Below, piece by piece: positions 51,383 through 64,000 of a DNA stretch of 64,000 nucleotides. Every line of letters begins with the position of its first letter. Position 1 is the stretch's first letter. Position numbers and translations under genes: made by a program. The notes beneath the pieces are model-generated. The model was not told where the DNA came from. It did not search any database and saw only the letters and a list, made by a program, of their open reading frames with translations. The DNA lies in assembly GCA_009103225.1 (NCBI GenBank), contig RHPI01001737.1, forward strand, positions 864,091-928,090, read 5' to 3'. Source of the DNA: Chlorokybus atmophyticus (taxonomy: Eukaryota; Plantae; Mesostigma and Chlorokybus algae).

Positions 51383-54300
51383 ATGGCGACTGTCGGCGGT
51401 GTCATTCTGCGGCTGATCTGGGGTGTTGTCGGCGCTTATGCTTTCTTCTCCATACCAGAATGGTCCAACAACTTTCAGGTAACACTGCGATTCGCTGGCG
51501 TCTGAGAGAAAAGCTCCCTCATGCTCAGTGATCGCGATGCCTGCAATGCCCTCCCAGCCTTGCAGAGCATGTCCATACAATATTGAGCATCCCACAGTGC
51601 CTGCCACTGCGTTGCAAGTACCATCATTGAGTGGTTACTGTGCCCTGCACGAACCATGGCATGGCATTGGCCATATGGAAATGAGAGTCACTGACTGATC
51701 ATGCATACAGATGTGGTGGACTGCGGCGGTGACGTCTCCCGAGTCACTGCGGTTTCAGCGCGCGGTTGGTCAATTTACGGTTTCATGGGACGGGAGCGTG
51801 TTTGATGTGAGGCACAGTGATGAGCTGAGCCGCAGCCTGTGGTCGTCCATGGCCGGCAAGCCCTTCTTGATACCCGGCAGCGGTGAGCTGCATATCAGGT
51901 TTGAGGCATGCATGGTTGTTCATCCCAAACGGCACACAGATGCTTGTGCTTGCTTCTGTTCCTCTCTGTATACATGACAATGTAGGCTGACACACTGACT
52001 TCTCCATTCGTGTCATCAGTAACAATGTTGTCGCATCTTGTGAACGGAGCCATGCATGTCTTGCATGCTTGTGTGTATGCTTAGTGTCACAATAGTCATC
52101 ATGTGTAGTCATCATGTGTAGTCATCTCATTAATATCATTCTCCTTTGTTGCAGGGCTATTGATGCCAATTATGAAATTACCGACAAGTGGTCAGGGAAG
52201 CTGCTGCATCAATCCCTCGATAGCGTTGAGGACGTATCCGACAAGCAGCTCATTATTAGCGGCCGCTTCTGGGAGGACCGCGACGACAATGTCACCTACT
52301 CCTTGAGCATCCAAGCAATGACAGAGCACACTCTGGCCTTCAAGGCCACCTGGGAACGGTATGCGTGTGAGCGGGTGTACTTGTGTCTGTGTGCAAGTGT
52401 GTCCATTCGCCTAAGTGTGTGTGCGCGTCTGTGTGTGCGTGTTGAAGCAAATGACTATAGCATAGTATCCATGAACAACAAGCTTGTACATGTTGTTATC
52501 TATAGATTTCGCAATCCTTGGGATGATCCAGAGTACACGTACGCGCCGCTGCAGCGCATGGCGCTGCATTTCTCCTGCGAGAAGCAGGAGCAGTTCATGG
52601 GGCTTGGCTCGCAATTTTCATACTTCAACTTCAAGGGCAAGCGCGTGCCTGTCCTCACCTCTGAGCAAGGGGTATGCTGTCTCTGTTGCTATCACGAACA
52701 GCACAGCTGTAATCACTCAACCAGTCACCTTCGCGCAGGTTGGCAGAGGCTTATGGCCCCTTACCGACCTCCTCAACTGGTTTTACAGCGGAGCTGGCCG
52801 TGAATGGTCGGCAACATACTCTGCGGTCCCTTACTACATCTCGTCTTTGAGCCGGTCACTATTTCTTGAAGGTGAGTGTGCGCGCGCTTTCGCGTGTGTG
52901 TGTGCATGTGTGCGCGTACGTGCTCAATCCCTCAACTTTGCAAGTGTAAATGATGAAATGGAAGATGCAGGCTCAGATACAACGTTTCTCTTGCAGGCAA
53001 CGACTACTCCGTCTTTGACTTCCGCAAGCAGGACAGAGTGACTGTGGAGTCTCTTGCTGATAGGCAGGTGTTTCGCTGGCGCGTGATTGCGGGAGCTACG
53101 CCTGCTGCTGTCATCAAGGAGTACACATCGCATGTTGGGCGCATGAAGCCGCTGCCGGATTGGGCGCATCGTCGTGGGGCAATTGTTGGGTTGCAGGTAG
53201 TGTGTGCGCGCGTTTGAATGTGACATATTCACTCGCTCAGGCAGCTGTTGAAACTCCAACCTAACAGGGAGGCACGAGCACTGTCATGAGAAATTATGAA
53301 GCTCTCAAAGCAGCTGGGACTCCAATTGCCGCCCTTTGGCTGCAAGACTGGTCGGGGCAAAGAATCACCCCTTTCGGCAAGAGACTATGGTATGTCTTGT
53401 GGCTCGTGCAGTGCTCTTTCTTGCTCTCTCTCATGTCATAGTGCCATTGCATGTGCACATTGCACATGCACACCTGAGCCGAACGAGCATGTAGGTGGAA
53501 CTGGGAGCTGGATGACCAACGGTATCCCAACTGGGGTGAAATGCTTTGCCAGCTGGACAGCGAAGGCGTGCGTGTCATGACATACACCAACCCGCATCTG
53601 GTTGATGTCGAGGAGAAGGGGTATTTCAAACGCAATCTTTTCAGGTATGCTGAGACAGTCTGTTGCCCTCTTTGGAACGTGGTCATGGTTATGCTTTGCA
53701 CATAAAGAAACTGAGAATGTTTGGCTTGCAGGGAGGCTGCGGACCTCGGTTGCCTTGTGAAGAACAAGACAGGGCAGCCATTCCTGGTGCAAAGCGCAAC
53801 GCCAGACTTCCAGCTTGCTACCGTGGACTTCACCAGCGAGTTCTGCACAGACTGGTTAGTCAATGAGCCGCCATCAGTCTCATGCATCAGTGTGAGTGTG
53901 GCACGCACATTTATGCGCATGCGTGTGTTAACATGCGCGTGTGTGTATGCGTGTGCGTACATGTGTGCATTTGTGTTGTCATGCATGCGTCCTTACCCTT
54001 AGCCTTGCAGGTACGTCAACATCATCCGCAAGAATTTGCTGCAGAGGTTTTCTTGCCAAGGAGGTGACGGAAGCTCTCGCGAGGTGCATGTTGCTGGCTG
54101 GATGGCCGATTTTGGTGAGTTGGTCACCCAGTCACTATAAAGCTCACATCTGTAGCTGTAAGACAACTGATGCGGTGCATGTAAATGTGGTTACACACAT
54201 GGTCAGTTATCCCATGACAGGTGAACACTTGCCATGGGACGGTCAACTTCACTCCGGCGAACCTGCGCATCAAGTGCACAGCAGGTATGTGTCTCAGAGC

Positions 54301-55513
54301 ACCTTCCCGCCAGCCTTCGGTTGCCTCACAGCGTTACAGTTACAGTTAACTGCACTCAGGTATCCTCAAGATTGGGCTGCTGTGAATGCGCGAGCCATTG
54401 CTGAAGAGGGGCTTGAGGATGATATCGTGTTCTTTTCAAGATCCCGCTCCACCCTCAGGTGCATGCTGCTCTATATCGCAAGACTCCTTGATGCTGAAAC
54501 AGCTAAGGCCCAGTAGCAAGTCATATACTAGCCAGCTGGCTTGACAACATGCCTTACCACAACCAATCTATCTTGTACACAACCCTGTGCACACGGTCGC
54601 AGCTCGCAGTACTCCCGGCTTTTCTGGAACGGTGATCAGCTGGTGACTTGGGACGCACATGATGGCATAAAGACGGCGCTGATGGCCACGCTGACGGCGG
54701 GGCTGTCTGGTGTCACGCTAACGCACAGCGACATTGGCGGGTACACCATGCTCAACTCGTGGTACGGCATCTCGTATCTACGCAGCAAGCAGCTGCTCCT
54801 GCGCTGGATGGAGCTCTCAGCATTTGCAGACGCCGTCTTTCGTAGCCACGAGGGCAACCGCCCTGCAGACAGCGTTCAGGTACACAGTGCTGAGCAGAAA
54901 GCTGTCACGTATGCACTTCCAGACCCACGCACATTCGTTTCATCCCCTCACTCCGGCACTTGCTTCCACGTGTTGAATGAAGGCTTGCAGTGTGAACGCT
55001 GGTCAATGTCTAACTATCCGTTTGAACGTGCAGGTATACACCGATGAGGAGACCATGTCTAGCTTTGCCTTGTTTGCCCAAGTACACGCAGCCTTGGGAG
55101 ACTACCGGGCAACGCTGATGGAGGAAGCGTTCGAGACTGGTACGCCCATCACGCGGCACATGTGGCTTCACTACCCCGATGATGCCGACGTCCTCTCGCC
55201 CACCCAGCAGTTCCTTCTGGGCAGGGACCTGCTGGTGGCCCCCGTGATGGACGTCGACAAGACCACTGTAGCGGTCTATTTGCCCGCTGGAGAGGCGTGG
55301 AGCGATGTCATCACCGAGCACGTGTATGGGCCCCTTGACAAGGGCGCCACCTTCACTTTGGATGCTCCACTAGGCCAGCCAGGTCTCCTTATGCGGCGAG
55401 GCGCCTCCAAGCTCGCGCGTGAGGCGGCCTTGAGAGTGAAGAAATTGCTGTCGAGTGGGAAGGCTGCACTCGCACGGGAGGCGGCCTCATCTCGCAGTGC
55501 TGAAGAGCTGTGA
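51383..55513 (+). CDS. GH31 alpha-glucosidase of the YihQ/sulfoquinovosidase type with an N-terminal hydrophobic segment
   Basis: Motifs WLQDWSGQRITPFGKRLWWNW, the nucleophile GWMADFGE, the acid/base FWNGDQLVTW, HSDIGGYT and FRSHEGNRP. Multi-exon. Confidence 0.9.
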
Positions 55514-58209
55514 TCGCAGCAACGCCATGGTTATGTAGTCACCCCGTCGTGTTGGGAGGACCTTCAATGCCATGATGCGACGCGCCTGATGGGTGCAAAC
55601 AAATCGCACTGCCGTGAAATAAGAATTATGTCTACGCGCTTGCGAGGCTTCGGGAGTGGAGAGTTTGGGCATTGTGTGGTTGAATCCATACATTCCAATC
55701 ACACAGTTCAGATGCATGTTGCCACCTGCGCTCTGCAGATTGGCCTTTGCTGCTGCTGTTTCTACTGCCCTAGCATGCTACCTGACGGTCTCAGTCTCAG
55801 TGTAGAGCTGTCTTGGGGCAAGCCTTATTACATATTGTTGTAAGATACCTTGTCCCCCACGCTATTTGCATTGCTTGGCTTGCATTTTATGCGTGTGTGA
55901 GCTGCTGGCTTGTTTGCATGACTACCTTGAGCTTATCGTAGCTCTTATGTGAGGTATTTAAATGTGAACAAACCCGCTGTCTGCATACATCCCTCGGCTG
56001 CTGCAGGTTACCACCCTACCTTTCCCATCTCCCTGCTGGCACCCACTGCTATGGCACGCATGCACGCACACACAGGGTAGTGGTTACCTAGTTGGTTGGC
56101 TTATAAACTAACACCCCGGCCAAATTTGTAGTTGTCGCTGTGCTGTGTTATCTACTTGCCGTTGGCCTTGCATGATCTCTCATACCGTATACATGCCGCT
56201 GTACTCTGCAGGTACTGCTGCTGCTACTGCGCCTGTTGTCGGCATTGTGCTTGGTTGGTTGGTGTGCACTTAGCCAGCCAGCCCCTTAGCGCTAGGGTTT
56301 GTACTAGAACTGTGGGTTGTGCGTGATGTTGTTTACAAAAGATGCAAGAGGGAATGCATAACATGCAAACCTACGTGCACATGCAATTCAGCCAACACCG
56401 TGTGCTTGACTGTGCGCTTGCTTGTGTGCTACTACTGGGACCCTCTCTTTTACCTTATACATCACGATTACGGCCATACACGCTTCAGGTACCACACCTT
56501 GCATGCGGCTATACTAGCATACAATCTTTTATACACCCTCAAAAACAAGGTATAATACAATACAAGTCATCTCATCTTGAACTCAATTGTTGCACATGGT
56601 TTGTAGCATATCAACCATTAAGTGTGTCAGCGTTTCATACGCATTTTTGCGTCAGTATTGTCAATCGGGTAATGCGTATTCAAGTAAGATGCACTTACTT
56701 GCGTTAATCAATTTTTGAAGGATTGTGCATTACCGGCGCCTTGACCACTAGGCTATGGCAGCAAAAGTCGCTGCTATAGGAGGAGCCACATGTCTCATAT
56801 ATGCCCCATCCCATATATGTTACAAATTGTTTTTGACGCAGCCATTTTTATGTTTTTCTTTGAACCACAATGTAAATCTAATAAAAATGTATACATGATC
56901 CCTGCGTAGATCACGTGAAACATGCACATGCACAAGATATGACACTTGCAACTTGAACACATGATGTGCCACGAAACTTTCAAGTTCACCAATTGCCGAG
57001 TTTTCAAGTTTAAGCTTTTATTCCAAGTTGTACACCAGCATAAAATTTGCGTATGAATGTCGTATCGGTATATTAGTATGCCGCACACAGATGAGGCCAA
57101 TTGCGATAATTGTAATGATCGCATGATTTTGATATCTTGATCATAAACCGTTTTTAATATTTAATACATAGCTTGTCAAAGTATGACACATGTATGCTGT
57201 TTTAAGTACATATTAGCGACATATATAATTGTTACAAGGGTAAATAAAAATGCATGTCACATAGAGTGAAGAGAAGAATCCCATTTCCCCCATCAATACT
57301 CTGTATTGCTGCCCTGTATCTGCTGTGCTTGTAACTCACATGATGTGAATTGTATTGCAGCAATGCCATACCGGGGGGTAAAATGCAATGTGGGTACATT
57401 GGGGGTACATTGGCAAGGTGCAAATGGCAACCGCAACAGCACATGATGCTGCCCATCAATGCGAGTTGCACAGGTACCAGGTATGCGCGGTGCCGACATG
57501 TCGACGCCAGTCAGCGCAGGCACGTACGCATTAGGGTTTATTTGCAGCGTGGCCCGCGACGTTTTCCAGCGGCGTGGCAGCGGCGGCGGCGGCGGGCGGC
57601 GAGGAGGAGAACGAGGAGGAGCCGGAGGAGGAGGAGGGTGTGTTGTTGCAATACGACGGCTGAGCACAGAGGCGGCTGCTTGGCTGCGTGTCTGAGCTGG
57701 GTGGCATGGCGGCCCCGCATTTCTGATTGAGCACAACAGCAGCTGCACCAGCAGCAGCGCAGACGCTGAAGTGCTGAATCCTGTGGGTGAGTCGCATGCT
57801 GTACTGTCGGCAAATACGGTATTGTCGGCGGATCTAAGTGCATGCCAAGCAGATCTGTGTGCCATCAAGTGGCCATGCAGTGCAATGCCTCAGCCCATGC
57901 CGGTAACTCAAAGGCTCGTGATGTTTATTGAGCTCCGTCTCACGAACTGCCGTCACAATGGGGCTTTCTCCTGTCCACAGAGTTGTTGTTCTGACGGTTT
58001 GACAATGACACGATTGATTGTTCCAAGCAGGAAGTAGCAAGAAAGGTGGAGTTTGCAGCCATGCGTGCTGAGCCTGGACACAATCTTGTTGCAATGCAGG
58101 CATGAACGCCAGTAAGTACAACTGTCAAATGCCAGCTAGCACCAACAAGCTGTACAATTGATGCTAGATGCTCATGCATTGGTGTTCAGCCGCGTGACAA
58201 AGCCCACCC

Positions 58210-61200
58210 ATGTCACTGCTTGACGATGGGTACATGGACTCGGACTCCGACAATCAGCAGTATGATTACGGAGATGCGCACTATCTTGGCGAGGAGGAAG
58301 ATCCTCCCTTGAACGCGCGTGCGCCAGCCTGCGATCATGACTGGAAGGCATGCTGGCTGCTAATATCATGTTTTGCTCTTGATCACGTACTTGTCGGTAA
58401 CCAGTGCGTGCATGTTGCCATCGCCAATACTTGTCCATCTGTTCAGGTCATTGATGCAAAATGCGTGAAGGATGCACAGGTAAGGACTTGTTCCGAATAG
58501 TTCAGCTCCTTGAGATGCATTTGGCATGTTCTTGCATGGCAACGTGAACAAGGTGCCACTCCATCAATGACTTTCTGACAGGCTCGCGACCTGGCAACGA
58601 TCATGGAGCTGATGAGTTTGAACCCGTACCAAGCGCGTGCGTTGTTGATACATTTCCGATGGAATGTCGAGAGTTTGCTGGGTGCCATGGCTGAGAAGGG
58701 GCAAGAGCAGCTGTTTCGGGATGCTGGAGTGCCATCGCGTGTCCACGCTTTCGAACAGGGTTCCCACATGGAAGTTGTGGACTGCCCCGGCTGTTTGGAG
58801 TCGGTCCACAGGGAGCTAACCACCACAATGGACTGCGGCCACACGGCATGCAACCCTTGTGAGCCTTGGTTGATTGACGCTCACAAGTGCATGCTGTGCA
58901 CCCATCTCTGAAGCCAGTGGGGATGCCAGCTGAGTGCACTTTCATCCCCTAGATATGCTGACAGGCTATTACAGTTCTTCATCATAAACTGCATTCACGC
59001 TCATGTCACAAGGCAGTACCTTGCACAAAGCGGTTGTCTGCTTCTATCCTGGACATACTTGCTCTTACACATGCACTTACTGTGTCTCGCAACTCTGGAT
59101 GGCAGCACAGGTTCACACATCTGGCAATCTTGGCTTGTTCACTCGTAGCTTGAAGCAGTTTGGTTGCTTCTTGCACCGTGTTGCTTTACCCACTACGACA
59201 TACAGTTTATTGGCATCCATATCATGAACAGGCTGGACGCAGCACTTCTTAATCAAGATCAAAGATGGACAGAGCAAGCGCTGCCTGTGTATGGCGTTCA
59301 AGTGCGGTCTGGTGTGCAATGAAGAGAAAGTGCACGCTCTGGTCAGCGCTGTTGATGTGAAAGCTGCTGCTAAGTACAACAGAGCGTTGGTAGAATCCTA
59401 CATTGAAGATAATGCCCGCGTCAAATGGTGCCCCAGGTGATACTATGTAAATGTGTCGAACAGTAACTTTACAAACAGCAATGTGTGTTACTATTAGATT
59501 AAACATTATGACACGGAATGTTGTTATTTGTTCTTTTGTGTTTTGACTTGTGCTGTGTGGGAAGGGCAGGTATGCAAGCTGTAGTTGTAACCAAACTTAT
59601 GCGTTGCAGCACTCCTCATTGTGGCAATGCCATCCGCGTAGATGGCGAACCGTATCTGGAGCCGTTGTGTTCGTGCAGCCACCGGTTCTGCTTCAACTGC
59701 GGGAGCGTCCCCCATTCGCCTTGCTCTTGCGAGATGTGGAGATTGTGGGAGGTGAAGTGCAGGGACGAGTCGGAAACGTATCACTGGCTGACCGCCAACA
59801 CAAAGCCCTGCCCGAAATGCACAAAGCCGGTGCTTTTCAGAAGATGGAGTATTCGTTTGAAGTATTCTTTTGATCTGCCTGCCATGACCGTCTCATGATG
59901 TCACTTCTGCTCCTCGTAGGTGGAAAAGAGTGGTGGCTGCAACCTGGTAGCGTGCATGTGCGGGCAGGTAAGATACCAGCAAACATCGATTATGGCAGCA
60001 CCATTCAAGTGCTGAGTGATATCTGCTAGTCTCTGACAGACACGCTGTTTTGTTGCGCCATAGTTGTGTGTGCACATAGGTTTGGTGCACTTCAATTTGA
60101 TGCAAGACTTCAACATGCCCTAAGCGTTTTATACGCGCGTATCTGTGTGACAAGCAGTGCCATGTTGTTCAGGCGTTCTGCTGGCTTTGCGGCACTGCGA
60201 CAGGACGGGAGCACACGTGGACTTCCATTGCGGGGCACAGCTGCGGCCGATTCAAGGAGGAGAAAGAAAAGGCCGCAGCACAAGCATCGCGGGACCTGCA
60301 GCGCTATCTTCACTACCATAGCAGATGGAAGGTTTGAGCTTTCCACTGAATGTGGCATATGCCGCATTGTCAGATTTGTGTTGCAACCATAGCAAATTCG
60401 GTTGGTTTGCAGGCCCATATGGATTCTCAGAAGCTGGAACAGAAGCAGAAGGAAAACACAGAGGCCAAGATTGCCCGACTGGAAGAGTCCGACTCCACCG
60501 TGCGTGGCTACTCGTGGCTGACCAATGGGCTGCTGCAGTTGTTTCAATGTCGCCGAGTGCTGGCGTACTCCTACTGCTTCGCCTACTATATGTTTGGGAG
60601 CGAACTGTTTGCGGATGAGATTACCGAACAGCAGAATTCTATTAATCAGAACTTGTTTGAGGATCACCAAGAGCAGGTGTGATGGGTTTATGTGACAGTA
60701 GTATCTGTCTTCAAGCATTAGTTGTACCGGTGGTGGCTATTAACAGATGTTGTGCAGTTGGCAGAGACTGTTGAAAGACTAAGCAAAACTTTGGAGACAC
60801 CCATAGACTGCATAGATGAAGAGGTTCGCATGCAAGTGGTCAACCTAACTGGGCTCGCGGACACACGTTGCTGCAGAATGTAAGTGGCACATCCTGCGGC
60901 ACGCACAGATGGAATGCGTGCATGCGTGTGTGTTTGCGTGCTTGTGTCCATGTTTGTTAATACGCACATGCACGCGTGTGCGTGCATGCGTGCGTGCGTG
61001 GGCGTGCTGCACTGGGAAGCCATGCTGCGAGTAGCGGTTGTTGGCCGTGCACCTTTCCATGCTAAGTGTAGATGCTTTACAGGTATGATATAGTGGAGAA
61101 TGAGCTGTTGGGTGTCCTGCAGCTGCACACGCATCACATCGCTCCATACAGGAGTCAGAACATTGTCATCCGCACGGCGAGCACGCCATCCCCGTCACCC

Positions 61201-62212
61201 CGCACCGCCCAACCTACCCCTGTACAAGAAGCCTCTACATCATCGTTGCGAGCGGACTCCAGAGGTCCTTCCAGCCCTCAGCCATCTCTGCACAAACCGG
61301 GTACAGTATCGCGTTTCGAAGGGGTTGAGGTGGGGGCAGACTACTTGGGTGCCATTTTGCGTTTACATGTGCATTCATGTGGGCGTGCAAGTGTGCCTGT
61401 GAGACAAATTGCGAGCATATCTGGGGTGTTGCGGCTGCCAAGTGCATCAAGCATGTGACTGTTCGGAAGCATGAAAGAACGGGATCAAAGCAAAGCGTGT
61501 TTGTTAGTGTATTGTGATTTGCCTGAAAGACAGCAAGCATGTACGCATGCACAACAGGTGACCCAGATGTACGGTTGCTGCCGGATCGAAGCTCCAAGCG
61601 ACCCATGACTGATCCTGGTGATGATGAAGCATCATCTTCACAACAGGATCTGAAGCGGAGCCGATTGCAGTCACAGTCCACAGACCAGCCTGCGCCATTG
61701 CACATGAATGGTGAAGATTTTCAAACAACCTCATTGGCCGGACCCTACGCACAGCACGGACTGCCCGACAGTGATGCCAGGCAGCAGTCCACTTCGCCAT
61801 CACATGTCGCTGTGCAAACAGAGCGGCGAGCAGAGCGAGCTTACAGTCAGTGGCGCAGTCGGAGGCGAGACGAGGTTCGCCGTGACGATGCCCCAAGGCT
61901 GGAAGCTCTGGAGGATGGCAGCGGCGTGCAGCCGGCACCAGCGCCCAAAGTTGTTGGCGGTCTAGCACCCGTGTGCCCAGTTTGCGCTGTTGCTTTTGAG
62001 CATGGAGCGTCCAACGACGATATCAACGCACATGTTGATCAGGTACTTGCACACTTGTGGTGCCTGTGCATCATAGTGTATTCAGCACTTGTGGTAAGGG
62101 CTGCAGCACAAATCACTAACACAAGTAGTTGGAAAAACATGTTGCTGATTGACATGCTAATGACTGCTTCCTGCTTGTTGGACAGTGTTTGATGCAGGTG
62201 AACTGGGATTAA
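58210..62212 (+). CDS. ARI: Ariadne-family RBR E3 ubiquitin ligase (ARI1/2-like) with a C-terminal UBZ4-type finger
   Basis: Acidic N-terminus, UBA-like ARALLIHFRWNVESL, RING1 (CPGC..CGHTAC), IBR (WCP..CSCSHRFCFNC..PHSPCSC), RING2 (PCPKC..EKSGGCNLVACMCG), the Ariadne domain (RRVLAYSYCFAYY) and the tail CPVC..INAHVDQ^CL. Confidence 0.93.
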
Positions 62213-63868
62213 GAGTTGTAGCTTGCCATTGGGTCTGAAGGCATTTCCCCTCACAATGCACTTATTGCTTCACCACTAAGCTGGCGTGCTTAATGCCTGC
62301 TGTGATTAGTACAGTTAGCTTAGTACCTAGCCTGACTATACAGCTTCTGCTGGTGAGTGTACAAGAGATAGTATCCTAGATTAGTGTGTTGTCACTGCAA
62401 CAGTCACTGACGTAAGCCTCTAACAGTTTTGCTTCGCACAAAACTTTACATGGGACAGGCTTTGCTGCAGCATTTATTATGCACCCCACTGCATTAGCAT
62501 TGCTCTTGCCTCAAGCGCATGGTCTGCGTTACAGGGGCTCCTGTGCTGTTACTAACTCTGTCATGCGTGCGTGCTTGCGTGCGATGGCGCGTGCATGCCG
62601 CACAATGGAAACAATGTGAGGTTGTAAGTGTTACAACTTGCTGGCAGCTCCGTCAATGGCCGCCACACAAGCCATGTCTGAGGGGGACGCGAACTGGCGT
62701 CTCAGCTGTGATGCAGCCGCTGCCCAACCGCCAAACGCTGCTCCCGCGTGCACGGACGTCCTTCATAGCCCCACTTGCCACCACTGGTACGCTTACCTGC
62801 GACGTGGTTCTAGTGGTGCGCGTCTGTACCCGGCCACTGCCACGTGCAGCAGCTGCCTCAGCGCCCCTTGCATGCGGCCATCAAAGTCCATTAACATTGC
62901 CTAAATCGCCAGCAACGGTGCAACATTGATGCCGGCCGTACCGGCACGCATGATGAACGTCATTGCGTCAACAGCTGTGTGGCCACCCGCTTGTCCCCCA
63001 TTATTTGCAGCGTTGATTGCCTGTGTCATTATAAATTGAAGTGACGATAACTGAATAATGTGAGCGTAGCGCGAAACGCATAGCAGACTTCAAGTGCACG
63101 TCTTCATATGCATACAACTATGGCTGTGTTTTACGTATTTGCATGCCTGCCTTGCGTCCAACATACGTATTAGCCTATAGCTGTTCGAGACAGCATGGGC
63201 CAGTCAATAGCGTAAGGCAGCTTGCATCCATTTCAAAAACAAAACAATGGCACGTTTTAAGCTGCACATGCATCACTTTTAAGCTTAGGGAAGCTTGGCA
63301 ACAAGGTTGCCAAACACGGCATCCAGCTTGTATGGATATCAATCCATCCGGGTTTATATGATTGGGAACTGTATGAGCTGCGCTTGTTATCAAGTTTTCG
63401 TGCGCACGTGCATAGGCAGATGCGACAGCATTCCTGTGCATTGATTCCCTTCATGCATAGCTTATCACTGCCACAGGGTTTCTACCTTGCTGAACTCATA
63501 GCCATGGCTAGATTACAAAGAACATCAGACAGCTAGAGAAGGGGAGCGCTGTTTTGTGATCGCTGCCACAACCTCGTTTATGTGAGCTTGGAACACCTTT
63601 GCTGTCGTCAAGTCCAAGTCTCTGGGTATACATGTGCGGTCGCGCGTGTATGCAAGCAGACCTGCCGCAGCTCCAGCTGGTGTACCATCTGACATACACA
63701 CATGCGCAGTGTCAACATCGAAAAGCCGCTTGACAGCAATTTAACAGGCAAGCCCGCAACATTGCAGCCGCATACAGCGAGGCATTGGCACCAATACACT
63801 GTGAAGGTTGTGCACACGAGACATGCAATGGTCTGTTCACAATGCACAGACACTCCAGCAACACCCAC

Positions 63869-64000
63869 CTTTGTTCCAACTCCTTGCAAGGGCATCCTCA
63901 GCCTTCAGCGCGCTCTCCGGTGCAGACCCGAGGCCCTCAGCACCCGCTATCAACGCATGCGCGAGCAGCCGGTACCCCACATCAGCGACTTCCGCTACAC
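63869..64000 (-). CDS. Probable internal exon of an unidentified gene running off the window
   Basis: GC-rich open frame AEVADVGYRLLAHALIAGAEGLGSAPESALKAEDALARSWNK ending at an AG|GT donor; family not recognised. Confidence 0.3.

Noticed and set aside
1-64000. Fanzor/TnpB, CRISPR arrays, tRNA/rRNA genes, viral capsid genes
   Set aside because: No RuvC motifs, spacer-repeat arrays, cloverleaf or rRNA sequence, or capsid-like ORFs were recognised.

Overview
This is eukaryotic, intron-rich green-algal DNA of roughly balanced GC. The plant-like class-A HSF, ARI1/2-type Ariadne and RAD1 point to a streptophyte-grade alga (inference). The first ~20 kb is a transposon graveyard. It holds a frameshifted Copia pol and a decayed Helitron Rep/PIF1 helicase gene. 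After the helicase come a spliced GIY-YIG nuclease gene and an inverted-repeat-flanked zinc-finger/coiled-coil/RING cassette, then a TA-flanked pogo-like DNA transposon. From 21 to 31 kb is a cluster of small genes: two paralogous KGG-type hydrophilins, a highly divergent C-terminally truncated PsaD-like plastid protein and an acidic disordered protein; ACGT/G-box motifs lie upstream of three of the four. The rest is host genes: a GH3 beta-glucosidase, RAD1 head-to-head with MCM10, an SLC25A44-like carrier, HSFA, a GH31 with the sulfoquinovosidase signature, and an Ariadne E3 with a C-terminal UBZ4 finger. Exon structures were assembled by hand, and family assignments rest on remembered motifs, not database searches.
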